Below are positions 1-12,005 of a stretch of 64,000 bases of DNA, one piece after another. Under the pieces are notes generated by a model. That model was not told the DNA's origin, made no database searches, and worked only from the letters and a program-made list of their open reading frames with translations. Source of the stretch: Rhizophagus irregularis (lineage: Eukaryota); the NCBI RefSeq assembly GCF_026210795.1, contig NC_089429.1, forward strand, positions 3,100,001 to 3,164,000, in the 5' to 3' direction. Every line of letters starts with the position of its first letter. The first letter of the stretch is position 1. The position numbers were made by a program, and so were the translations under genes.

Positions 1-1286
1 TAGAAGCGTTTATCTTTGATAGGGGTGTAATGCAATGAGTTTCACAGTATGAAGTATATACCCTATAAAATTCTTGAACAGGTAGGTCGGTTATATGATT
101 TTTTACTATGAGGTAAATGTCCTTTATGAATTGAAATAGGGGTGGGAGAGTTGATATGATGTGATCCTGCTTAGATGTTGTCATAGGTGGTGGATTCCCA
201 TTGAAGTCTGGGTAAGCGTCTGCAATGGCTCTCGTTGTAAGCATAGAATGCCTCACTGGCACCTGGGTATTTGATAGCGTCACTGAGTTTTTTTAAAGTA
301 GTTGAGGTCTTCCCTTGCGGGATGGTGACACATCCAAGAACACTGTGCGCCTATCATCATTATCCACTCTGAGAGCATTTTGTTGGTTAGGACGATAGTA
401 GACATAAAGTTTTTATAATGTGTTGGTGTCTTGTATTTTTCATGGATTTCCATTATGTCACTCGTTACCTTATCCTTTAAAGAGCGATACAGATTATTCC
501 ACTGGCTTTTTTCCGTGGGCATTTCCTCGAGAAGAAGAAGAATCTTACCCTGTAATTGCCCATTGAAACTTCCACGAATCGTCTCAGGATCGCTGGTCTT
601 ATAAACGAGTTGAGTGCCTAGGACGCTGCGCTGAATGAAATCTGTTATAATGCCTTTGCCCCAACCCTGTCCAGATTTCAGGTAAAGGATCGAATACATT
701 TTCCTTCCAGCTGCCACACCGGCCAACCACTTTATGATATACTCAGTAAGATTCCAATCGCCTGAACACCAGATATCCTGAATGTGGGAGAAGATAAATT
801 TAACCGCGAGGTGGGTTGTAGATTCAAAAGTGGATATCGGACGCAGGATATGGAGGAATCCTGGAAAGATATTGAGATAAAGTTGGCCACCTAGTTTAAA
901 GATACGGGATTTTTGAGGGTCACAGGTAGCTACACATACAGTACTATATTCGATCATAAACCATTTGTTGATATTAAATTCAACCTTTTGTGAAGGACCC
1001 TGTTCAGATTGTGTGTAAAAGACTTTGGTAATTGGACGGATAAGTTTATTAATATTTTTATCAGGGATGTGCTCGAGGTTTTTGATTTCTGATCGCCACA
1101 TGAAGACTCCATGTGGGTTGGAGCAGAGGGGATAAAGTAACTGCAAAGATAACCTTTAGCTTGATTGAGATCCCTCATATTCTTTGCAGCGTTAATGAGC
1201 CGTTTAAGCTCATCAATACTAAAAGCCTTCTTCTGTTCACCGAACTTGGGGATAACTTGAGCTTGAGTGCTAGTTTGGGCAGTCAT
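1..1286 (-). pseudogene. D5-like / SF3 helicase (DUF5906 / NrS-1-type helicase domain), frameshifted, runs off the left edge of the window
   Basis: ORFs 954-1301 and 280-1146 join across a frameshift. Walker A-like KSGQGWGKG, Walker B LLLLEE, motif C IVLTN. A shifted frame continues ALRVDNDDRRTVFLDVS (DRR, arginine-finger region) and on to position 1. Region is visibly GC-richer than the rest of the window. Confidence 0.8.
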
Positions 1287-1507
1287 TTTTTGTTCTATCA
1301 AATCGAGTACTAATTTATAGTTACCTAATCTTCAATTGCCGAATATTTTTCCAAAGATCTGCACTCCTACCAATTTACCCTCCTGTAGTCCTATGGTCCT
1401 GCGATTCTGCGGTCCTCTGGTTATATCTGGTTATCTTCTAGGGGTAAAAAAAAAAACTATAAACCACGAACCTTTACGACTGCTCTAAATCTTCCCTTCC
1501 CCCTTTT

Positions 1508-1868
1508 TCAAACTACATATATCTGAAATCCAAACCGCTCAAGAGCTCCTTTTACTATAGTTAGCTTTTTTCTAGTGTCCGTTAACTCTTTACAAGCCTT
1601 TTGATACGCCTTCCATTCAAGTTCACGGAGGGTACCCTCCTCCTCCAATGATTGGCCAAGAGCATCGTTTGCTTTTTCCTTCTTTTCTACTGCCCTGTCG
1701 TATGCCTCCTCGGCTTTTTTATGCCGCTTCCAGAGTACTCGTTCAGCTTCGGCTTTCCAGATTGGGCTGACTTCTAAAAGACGTGGCCCGAAATTGCTAC
1801 TTCGGAATGTGTTCCAGGATATGGCCTACAAGTTCAGGAATTACTGATACTGCGTGCGGGGTATACAT
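1508..1868 (-). pseudogene. Small F-box-like plus coiled-coil protein (one frameshift near 1800; absent from the ORF track)
   Basis: Manual translation: MYTPHAVSVIPELVGHILEHIP / NFGPRLLEVSPIWKAEAERVLWKRHKKAEEAYDRAVEKKEKANDALGQSLEEEGTLRELEWKAYQKACKELTDTRKKL...YVV*. The pattern IPELVxxILxxI...LxVSxxWxxxAxxxLW resembles fungal F-box motifs. Confidence 0.5.
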
Positions 1869-2048
1869 GTTATCTGTCCTTATAGGTTACTTATGGTATA
1901 CCCATTGTTCAATTACTTATTTTTTCTGACGGGGGCAGAACGGGGTTGGTCTTACTGGCTCTAGTACCGACCTTCTAGGGGCTTACCTACTAATTTACCT
2001 GGTTTGCTGTCTCACTGCTTCCAATAGATTATTAGACGGAATCCTGAC

Positions 2049-2165
2049 TTGTTCCAGATGTTCCGGATGTGGCGGATCTGGGGGGTAAAAATAAAACTTT
2101 TTCTGGGGGGATGTCCTCTCATATTTTTTCTGAAACATCTGCCACATCTGCCACATCCGGGACAA
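2049..2165. repeat. Imperfect inverted repeat built from 3+3 head-to-head 9-bp units (iteron-like)
   Basis: Left units TCCAGATGT/TCCGGATGT/GGCGGATCT (2053-2079); right units ACATCTGCC/ACATCTGCC/ACATCCGGG (2135-2161); 55-bp spacer. Confidence 0.8.
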
Positions 2166-2642
2166 CCCTCTCATTATATCCGTTATTCCTTCCTTTTCTA
2201 TTGTTTTCTAGTTATTTGGTATATATATTTGTTCCATATGTTGGCCCAGATTGTGGCGGATATATGGGGATTCCAGGGCCATTAAGGCCCAAGTAGGTAC
2301 TGCGAGGACGTGAGTCCGAGGTGGGTGGAGCGGTAGCGAGACACACATCCAGACCGACGACGGAAATACAATATGAATGCGCTTCTCTGGGCCGGCCATG
2401 ATAATACATAATGCACCTCCAACCACAGACACGAAATCGGCATACATATACTGGCGCAATAGTTATGGTGTACTTCTTAGCAAACAAATGGGCCGGCCAA
2501 GCTAATACAAATTGCACGCCCAATAGAATATCCAAAATTGATATTGAAGTTAGACAAATTTTATTATTATTTTTGGCACAATAGATTTTTGTTTAATTTT
2601 GATAACGTAATATTCCATAAATTCGGCCACAACTTTACTTTT

Positions 2643-2678
2643 ACTAGGGACACTAGGGACACTAGGGACACTAGGGAC
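2643..2678 (+). repeat. (ACTAGGGAC)x4 perfect tandem repeat
   Basis: Read directly from the sequence. Confidence 0.95.
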
Positions 2679-3370
2679 GCTCAAAAAAATAGCATACACA
2701 TTGCCTCGTCCTAGATTAAACCATGATCGGACCTCGGAAGTGCCGGCCGAAATTAATCACAGATCTACTGCGCCATCCGACGTGATATTTTTTTTTACCA
2801 TATTTTGGGATCTGGAAAGGCAACCAAATAGACGCAAATTCTTAATATAGAACTAGCATCCAAACCGGCTGGCCCAGTACTGGCAACCAAGAAGGATAGC
2901 ATGGCACTACATACCCAGCCGGTAATCAAAAGGCTTTAAAATGGAAAACAAATCACCACCTACTTAAGTAACCGATCAACCGTGAAGCCTCACCAGAATA
3001 AATTATACGAGAAAGCATTTATTAACACACAGCTCATAATAAAAAAAGGTATATTTAGATTATTTAGGCATAGTCGTATTTAGGTTATTTAATCACATGA
3101 TCACAAATAATTAACGGAAAAAGGCTAAAGAAAAGCGAATTCAAAGGGAAGGAATATAGTAAGAAAAAATAACTAGGTACACAAAATTGACACAAACAGG
3201 TTATTTAGTTAGATTATTTAATCATATTTAGGTTGTTAACTTTAGATTATTTAGATATATTTAATTTATTTAGTTATATTTAGATTATTTAGTTATATTT
3301 AGATTATTTATAGTCATACTTAGATTATTTAGTTATAGTTAGATTATTTTATTACTAAATAACCTAGTCT

Positions 3371-3422
3371 AAGCCGTTTATGACTAAATAATATAATTAT
3401 ATTATTTAGTCATAAACGGCTT
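3371..3422. repeat. 52-bp perfect palindrome within a TTAGATTATT-type repeat tract upstream of the MULE gene
   Basis: AAGCCGTTTATGACTAAATAATATAA|TTATATTATTTAGTCATAAACGGCTT. Confidence 0.95.
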
Positions 3423-3613
3423 ATTACTAATTATTTATTAGCTGATCATTTTATCATATGATTAATAAACAAACTATTTATATTTTTGTACTACTTACTA
3501 TTTTGTTTGTATGAGATAAAATTTTTTTTACACGTTTTTTTATTCTTTGTTCTTTGTACTTTTTATCGTACAAAAAAGTTAACTGTTTCACATGTTTTGT
3601 AAATAGTAATAGC

Positions 3614-6548
3614 ATGTCTTATAATAATAAATGCAATAAGAGAATAAGATCAGGTTCACCTGATAACTATGAGGAAGAATATATAGCTCTTATTTTAGAT
3701 GATTCTTCAAATATTTGTGAAAAGGAAAATGAAAAAAATATAGAAGCAGAACAAATAAATAAGGTAAATATCTCTTTGGCAAAATTTTTACTTCTTAATA
3801 TTCTATTATTCTCTTAGTATAAATCTTTGTAAGAAGTTGTTCAATTGCTTTTACTTGAATACATTTTAAAAGTTATTTAATTTTTTAGAGAATACTTGTT
3901 AATATTGATAATTCAGAAGACTCAGAAGAAGAAATGGAAATAAAATTACATGTTGGACAATCGTTTCAAACTTGGTTAGATGCAGAAAAATTTTTAAATC
4001 AATATTCTCTAAAAGAAGGATTTAGTATTAGACGAAAACGAACAGAAAAATTAGTTGAAAATGGAATTGAAATAATAAGAAAAATAACTTGGGAATGTTG
4101 TTGTGCTGGCAAATACCAAGCAAAAAAAGTAATTAATCCAGAAAATCAACGTAATAAAAAGTCTAAATGTACTGATTGTCAGTGGCATGTTAATGGAAAT
4201 CTTCCAAAATCTAGTTCAAATATATCATTTACAACTGTTATTAATGAACATAATCATCAAATGATACCATCTCCATCAGCTACCATTGCTAAGCATCGAA
4301 AATTAGATGAGGATATAATTGAATTTATTAATTTTTATGTATTACATGGTACAACGGGTGCACGAAATATTAAAAATCTTTTAAATGGACAATTTCCAGG
4401 ACGAAATATTAACCAAAAAAACCTATACAATGCTATTCAAATGGCAAAAAAAAAATTTAGCAATTCGTCAAAATTATGATGCATCTGATATGCTTCAGTA
4501 TTTATATTCTCAAAAAGCTGAAGATTCACGATAGTTTATTGAAACAAAATTTGATGCACCAGAACGCCGTTTATGTGGCTTAATTTGGATGTCCCCAGAT
4601 CAACAACATGCGTGGACAAGATATCATGATGTTATATTCTTTGATACAACTTCTCGAACAAACAAATACAATATGGTTGCTTGTTTTTTTGCAGCAATAG
4701 ACAATTGTAACTGAACACGCCTAGTAGCAACAGCACTTCTTGAAGATGAAACTGAAGAAAGTTTTGTGTGGGCATTAGAAATGATTAATAAAGCTACAGG
4801 AAATTTAGTGTCACGAGTAGTATTTACAGATTCTGATCCAGCAATGAGTAACGCAATATCACTTATATATTCTAATTCTGCTCATTGTTTATGTTTGTTT
4901 CACATTGATTTAAACCTTAAAAAAAATTTGCGTAGTAAACTTACTACAAAAATATTTCATGAATTTCGAAAAGATTTTTTTCAATGTAGAAATACCTTAT
5001 CTCCTGCAATTTTTGAATCCCGATGGCAAAATTTAAAAGAAAAATATTCTTCTGTATCTGGTTATCTTAATAGACAACTAGATCCATTAAAAACTAAATA
5101 GGCTGTTTGTTATATTAATATTCAATTTACTGCAGGTGCAAATAGTACTCAACGTGTAGAGAGTTTAAATAAAAAAGTTCATGATAGTGTAAATTCCTGT
5201 TCATCTCTCTTAACACTTGTAAAAGAAATTCAACAATTACTTGATGATGAAGCAAATTATATTAGAATACAAGAGTATAAAGATGAAATTCCAAGTATTG
5301 GACTGGAAAATGTAGCCCAAAGATACTTTACATCTATTGAAAAAATTGTTTCAGATTATCTTATGGCACCAATGATTATACCGGTCTGTAAGCAAATGCA
5401 AGAATGCTTTTATTACAATGCATTTATGCTTGAAATTACACAATGGGAGGCAATTATTGAGATAATCACCAAATAATTATGCTTAATTTAGATAAAGATT
5501 GTATTATTTTCTAAAAAATTTTATGACTCTATTTTATTAAGACACATACCGAAGATAATTATAATGAAGGTGTACGTGAAGATCATTACGAAATTGCCAA
5601 AATTTTGCTTGGCGATATCTCAGCAACAATCACAAAATCTGAAATTGTGGAAATTTGGCGAATTGTAGTGTCATGTGGACTTAAAAATCAATATGTTGTA
5701 TTACTTTCTGACGGGTCTCACAGATGTACATGTAATTTACTAATTACACACGGATATCCATGCAGACATTTTTACAAAATTTTAAGAACATCTCCAAATG
5801 CAAAATGGCATGTAGGGTTAGTATATTTATTCATAAATTTAGTAGAACTTTAATCAAATAAGTGATTTATAACGCAAAAATACAACTTTATTCATTCATA
5901 TTATTCATTATTAAATTGTAATGCAGTTCTAATGATATATTGTTTTATTTTTATAGGCTAATTTCTAGTCGTTGGTATAAGGATGATAAAATTGCATCAA
6001 ATTCTATAACCCAACAAGCTCCTATTAGTATTTGTTCATCAGAAGATAACGCAACTAATAATATCACTAATTTTAATCTAGGACACATAACAAAAATAAG
6101 AGGCAGCGAATTGTATACTCCAATCCTTCAAGAACTTAATAATAACCGTATAAAATATGGGCGTGCACATGGTATGCTGAAAAAGGCCATTAATTTAGCA
6201 CTTGCTACAAACTCATACGAAGAGTTAATTGGCATGTGTCAAGATTTTTTGGTTAGAAAGCAGGATACTTTAGATCAAAATCGGGTAAAGGAGACGTTAG
6301 ATAATGAAGAATTAGACGTAGTAAATTCAATTATTACAGTTAGAAAGGGAAGGCCACCAGGAAGGGTAAAAAGTGCTGTTGAAATTCAAGATAAGGAAAG
6401 CAGAAGACATTGTTTAAAATCAATTGACCTTAATGTTCAAAAAGGTGGCAACAAAACTCAATTAGGTAATAGCAGGGATAATAGAAAAACTTGTTAAAAT
6501 TGTGGGCAAAAAGGGCATAACCGTGCAACCTATAAATTTACTGGTTAA
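3614..6548 (+). pseudogene. Mutator/MULE (FAR1-related) transposase, multi-exon, disrupted
   Basis: FAR1 DNA-binding domain (GFSIR...WECCCAG...KCTDCQW...EHNH). MULE core FDTTSRTNKY and FTDSDPAM..HCLCLFHI, STQRVES. SWIM finger CTCNLLITHGYPCRH, RKGRP motif, C-terminal knuckle C*NCGQKGHNRAT. Several stops and a frameshift. Confidence 0.92.
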
Positions 6549-6879
6549 AAAATATTTAGAAGTAACGTGAAGCATCGGTTATAAATCAACTTAATACGAA
6601 GTTTTTTTTTTGCAATAATAAATTAGATTGATATTTGTTACTTGCATCGGTTATAAATCAACTTAATACAAAGCAATATTGATATTTGTTACTTTACAAG
6701 AGAAATTAAAATCTAAATTATACAACAAACAGATTTCCTTGTAATACTAAATTCTCAATAGATATATACTATCCTTAACTACGTAATACATTTATTTACC
6801 GAAATTACGCTATTAAATTAGAATGTTGATGTCATTTCAAAAACAAAAGAATACCATCATAGGAGAAAGAAAAATTATC

Positions 6880-7810
6880 TAATTAAATTAAAAAAATTGT
6901 CATAAGTCCAAGAATACTGTTCCTAAAAATGGAATTAGTACAATTAATATCGTTTAACAAACAAAAGGAAACCAATAAAGACATGGAAACTATTACCTAC
7001 CTATCTGTTCTTCTATGCTAATTCCAGTTCCATTAATCGTATCTAATCAGCTCTCTGCACCTAGTCTAATCACGCTAATCAAATGGTTCAATAATCCTTT
7101 ATCTTTATCTTAATAATTCATAAATCCAATATTTAACGCTGGAAGTGGACCATATCATTTATTAAAATCGTCTCAAATCTAAGAAATAGTTCCTAAAAAA
7201 TGAAAATAAGACGTTAATTTCCGTTTAACAAGTTTAACAAACAAAAGTAATCCACCAAAGAGAAGGAAATGAACACCTACCCATTATAAAGAAGTCCGAA
7301 GCAATTCCTAAAAAAAAGAAAAGAATACAATATTATTTTCGTTTAACAAGTTTAACAAACAAAAGAAACCCACCAAAGATAAGGAAACAAACACCTACCT
7401 ATTAAATCATCTCAAGAAGTCCAAGAAGAAATATTTCCTAAAAAATAAAAAGAATACGACGTTTAACAATCTTAACAAACAAAAGAAATCCACTAAAGAT
7501 AAAAAAATGAACACCTACCTATTAAAATCGCCCAAGAAGTCCAGGAAGAAGCAATTCCTAAAAAAAAAGAAGAGAATACAACGTTATTTCCGTTTACAAG
7601 TTTAAAAAGCAAAAAAACCCCCACCAAAGATAAGAAAACGAACACCTACTTATTAAGTCATCTCGAGAAGTCCAAGAAGAAATATTTCCTAAAAAATGAA
7701 AAGAGAACGACATTTAACAATCTTAACAAACAAAAGAAACCTATTAAAGATAAGGAAACAAACACTTACCTATTAAAACCATCGAAGTCCAAAACGTCCC
7801 TAAAAAAATG
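6880..7810 (-). repeat. Tandem array of ~120-bp micro-exon/intron-like units (~7 copies)
   Basis: On the minus strand each unit reads ...TTTTTAG|GAA...GGACTT...|GTAGGTG... Confidence 0.75.
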
Positions 7811-8393
7811 GACGTTAATTTCGCAAGAAGCAGAAATTGTTAAAGACGTTTAATTTCGTTATAAAACGGTTAAAAAAAAAATAGTAGTTTAAAATATGCT
7901 AATACTTATTTAGATTTAAAAAATTTTACAAGAGGGGGGTAGGGAAGGAAATTCCCCCCAGTTAAGATTAGCAATACTCTATCTAAAATTATGAATTTAA
8001 TTTAATTTTGATTGAATTTGCTAAAACTTAAATGTAAATTATATATGTGATGTTTGGGATTCTGATATTGGGTAAGTATATAGGAACGTGTTTTTTTGGA
8101 ATTTACTTTGAAAAAATATACTAACGTTTCTTCAGGATTTCGTTTACTTCTAATAGAGGTCACCATAAAATTTTTAAGATTTATATGTAAATTTACCTTA
8201 CTCCAAATTTTCCTTCTGCTAAGTAATTTTATCACCTTTCCAGTTACATTTTTAAATCATATATATTTTTACCTTACAAGTTCAGTAACATTTATAATTA
8301 TAAATTATATAAAATATAATTATTTTATACATTTAGTACTTTTTATTTCTGAAAGTCAATACTCAATTTTCTGAGCCGATTCTATATCATGTG

Positions 8394-8638
8394 TAAGGTT
8401 ACCTGCCTAAACCTCTCCAAAATTTTACGATTAGTTTCTCCAAAATTTTACTATAGTTTTATTATAATTTCGGCAAGGTTTTGGCAGTTTCAGCATTTAT
8501 AATAGGTTTTGTCAAGTTTTACTTTTCTCCAGAGTTTTGCCAACTTTTTAATAAGACTTTCATATAGTTTTGGCAAAATTTTACTATTTCGGCATTTTGC
8601 CAACTTGCCAAAACCCCCTAGGTTCTTCAGCAACCTTA
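8394..8638. mobile_element. hAT-type MITE (TAAGGTT family)
   Basis: Ends TAAGGTTACCTGCC / CAGCAACCTTA; perfect 8-bp TSD ATCATGTG (8386-8393, 8639-8646). Confidence 0.88.
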
Positions 8639-8934
8639 ATCATGTGATCTGGAATTCAGCCAATAAAACACCAGGATTTCTTGTGTAAAGTACTAATAAA
8701 ATGCAGTTTTTGAAAATTTTTTATTAAAACATAAGAAAAAGTAGATTTTAGCAATAAATCGCAACTACCATTTCATAAAAGTTATACATTGATAAAAAAT
8801 TTAAAAATTACATTTGATTTATATTATGATAATTCAAGCTGGTATTATTATAATGCATGGAGTCAGCCCAAATTATCATAAGTTCTGGCCAATATATTTT
8901 ATTTCAAATTTGGGCCGATCATATAAAAATCATC

Positions 8935-10628
8935 ATATGGGCTGATTTGTTTACTCCATATTAAAAGAGTTATTGAATTGATTTTCACAATTTTTATTAC
9001 TTAAAATTGTTTTGTAATACCAAAAAATCATCTGATTGATGATCACTTGACTAAATAATAAGTTGAACAAAAATTTACATTTGCGAAACTTAAATTATTA
9101 AATGTAAAAGAGCTGTAAAAAAACCCATGTCACTAATAAAAAACCCATTTCTCATATATATGGAATTTTTAACATATATTTTTAAAAAGTAAGTATATTT
9201 TAATAAAATATAAAGTAAAATAAAAATTTATATAGTCTTAGTAGCTATAAATGTTTATAAAAATATAATAAAAATATTATATAAAGGATAGTATCATAAT
9301 AGATATTTTCAAACCATAAAAATAATTATTTTATGTCAGAGTTTGTATTATCAACTTTAAACGCAAATATATTAAGATCCACTGATCCATTTTTATAATT
9401 TTAGGCTTGTTGGAAAGCCCTTGTTCTGGACTTTATAGGCAAAAAAAGAGCTCGCCAATTGAATCATTAGATTCAAAGATATTTACATTTAAAGTTAAAG
9501 TACGAATTTTTTAACATGCTTAAATGCAAATATCTTGGAATCCACTGATTCATTCTTTATAAATTTAGGCTCTTTGGAAAGCCCTTGATCTGGTCTATAT
9601 GAACGAAAAAAAAGCTTGCTGATTGGATCATTGGATCTGGAGATATTTACGTTTGAAGTTGAGATACAAATTTTTAACATATATAGTAAGTGCTAAGAAT
9701 TATATTAATTTAAAAGAAATATTTACCAAATTATAGTACATATCGGCGGATTTGTTTACCCTCTAATTAACATGTTTATTTAAGGTACTTTTGTTACACA
9801 AATTATTACATATGGCACAGTAGGACCTGGGACGAACATTAAAAAAATTTTATTTGGTTTTATTAATACAATAATTTGATAAATTTGATAAATAGTTCTT
9901 TTAAGCCAAAATACAATAAATATTATTCTTAGCAATACTGATAATATCTGTTGTGAAATCTCACTTTATACAATAGCTTCTAAATCTTTTTTGTGTAAAA
10001 ATCAATAATACATATGCTTACAATTTGTTTGAATATAAAAGTTCTTATTTTGTCTACAGCAAGATAAATAAGAATTAATAATATGTTTTGAAAAATGCAA
10101 AAAATGGACAATTTTATGAAAGTTATTATAAAAAAAAAATTTTTTAAATATTAAATGAGTCTTAGAATACTTTTATAAATATTCATAGCTATTGTATCTA
10201 TATAAATTTTTATTTTACTTTTTGTTTTATTAAAACATACTTACTTTCTAATAATACACATTAAAAATACTATGCAGGTGAGAAATGGATTTTTTGTTAA
10301 CGAAATGGGTTTTTTTGTATCTATTTTACATTAAATAATTTAAGTTTTGCAAATGTAAATTTTCACTCGACTTATTATTTAGTCAAGTGATATTCAATCA
10401 AGTGATTTCATGACATTACAAACCGGTTTTAGGTGACAGATATTATGAAAATCATTCAAAATTTAGCATTATGCAAAAGTAAACAAATCCGCCGATATGA
10501 TAATAACATTAAATAAATATTTTTTAATACTCATCCCCAATTTACTATATATTATATAGTATTTTGTGTAATAAAAATGTAACAAAATCAATATTTTAAT
10601 TAAAGATAGACAAATCAGCCCATATGTG
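8935..10628. mobile_element. Foldback-type non-autonomous element(s) with long inverted arms and internal ~160-bp hairpin direct repeats
   Basis: ~8935-9270 is the inverted copy of ~10170-10500. ATATGGGCTGATTTGT (8935) pairs with ACAAATCAGCCCATAT (~10610). Direct repeats ~9360-9490 and ~9520-9655. Confidence 0.6.
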
Positions 10629-10859
10629 TAATTAGTGTTTCAACCTGCGGATAATCTGCTATCTGACAATCTGATCCATTTAAAATCCATCATCTGATAA
10701 TCCAATCCGTTTAATAGAAATGCAATCTGAATATCTTGAATGACGGATTGAAAATCATCCAGATATCCTAACAGATCATCCGGATATCTGCAAGTTTTTT
10801 TTTTTTGTTTTGTTTTGTTTCATTTTTATCCCTCCTGTAATTTCAGTTTTCTTCTTCTT

Positions 10860-11690
10860 TAAGTCCTTCGATTCTGGGTAGGCTTTTTTCTTTATATCTT
10901 TTTCTTTAGTTTTGTTAGTTTATTCAGTGTTTATTCTTCTAATTTCGTTCTTTTCTTTAAATCCTTCAGTTCTGAACTTTGAAGATGAAGGGTGGGGTTT
11001 TTTTTATTTTTATTTCTTTTTTGTATTTTGTTCTTATTTCCTTCTGTTAATTTCATTCATTTTCTTTAGATTCTTCAGGTTTTTTTTTAATTTTTATTCC
11101 TTTTTTTCGTTTTATCTTGTTTTATTCTTTTAATTTCGTTCTTTTCTTTAGGTTCCTTAGTTCCTGGACTTTGAAGACAACGTGTGAGTTTTTTTCTATT
11201 TTTATTTCTTTTTTTTATTGTCTTATTTCTTTCTGCTAATTTCATTTTCTTTCTTTAGGTTTTTCGATTCTGGACTTTGGAAACAACGGGTGTTTTTTTT
11301 ATTTTTATTTCTTTTTCGGTTTGTCTTATTTCTTCTATTTTCATTCTTTTCTTTAGGTTCTTCAGTTTCTGGACTTTAGAGACAACAGGTGGATTATTTT
11401 TTTTTATTTTTATTTCTTTTTTCGTTTGTCTTATTTCCTTCTATTAATTTCATTCTATTTCTTTAGGTTCTTCGATTATGGACTTAAAGATGACAGGTAG
11501 ATGTTTTTTTTTATTTTTATTTCTTTTCAGTTTGTCTTGTTTTCTTCTTTTAATTTCATTCTTTTCTTTAGGTTCTTCAGTTCCTGGACTTTGAAGACGA
11601 TGGGTGAGTTGTTTTTTTCTATTTTTATTTCTTTTTTCATTTTATCTTGTTTCTTTCTGCTAATTTTTTCTTTTTCTTTAGGTCCTTCAG
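10860..11690 (+). repeat. Tandem ~105-bp micro-exon/intron-like array (~9 units), left arm of the hAT
   Basis: Unit: TTCTTTAG|GTTCTTCAGTT.CTGGACTTTGAAGAC.AC.G|GTG/GTA...CTGCTAAT...TTTAG. Confidence 0.8.
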
Positions 11691-12005
11691 TTTTTCAACT
11701 ATATAGAATTATTTTATTTGTATTTTTTGTTTCTATTATATTATTTTTCATTTCTTTTTATTAATGACAAATTTTTCTTTAAATTCTCAGTTTTTTTGCT
11801 ATTTGGGCTTGATAGAATTTATTCAATAAAATTTTTCTTGAAAAAAATTATAATTAAAATGACGTAAATAAAAATAATGTAATAAAAAATGATGTAAATA
11901 AAAATACATACAGTTGTTGCACAAAATTTTTTTTAGTATAAAATGATGCACCGATAATCTTCAATTAAATTGAAATTGTTTATATATTTCTTTAAAATTT
12001 AAAAA

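Noticed and set aside
2208..2535. Two overlapping minus-strand ORFs in the GC-richer block
   Set aside because: May be a third, frameshifted gene of the helicase element, but no motif is recognisable and the frame is ambiguous.
7933..7981. G-rich/C-rich hairpin as a Helitron 3' end or MULE terminus
   Set aside because: No CTRR at the expected distance and no matching 5' end or TIR/TSD found.
10912..11764. Phe-rich membrane-protein-like ORFs (also 14558-14872, 40262-40687)
   Set aside because: Translations of T-rich repeat arrays.
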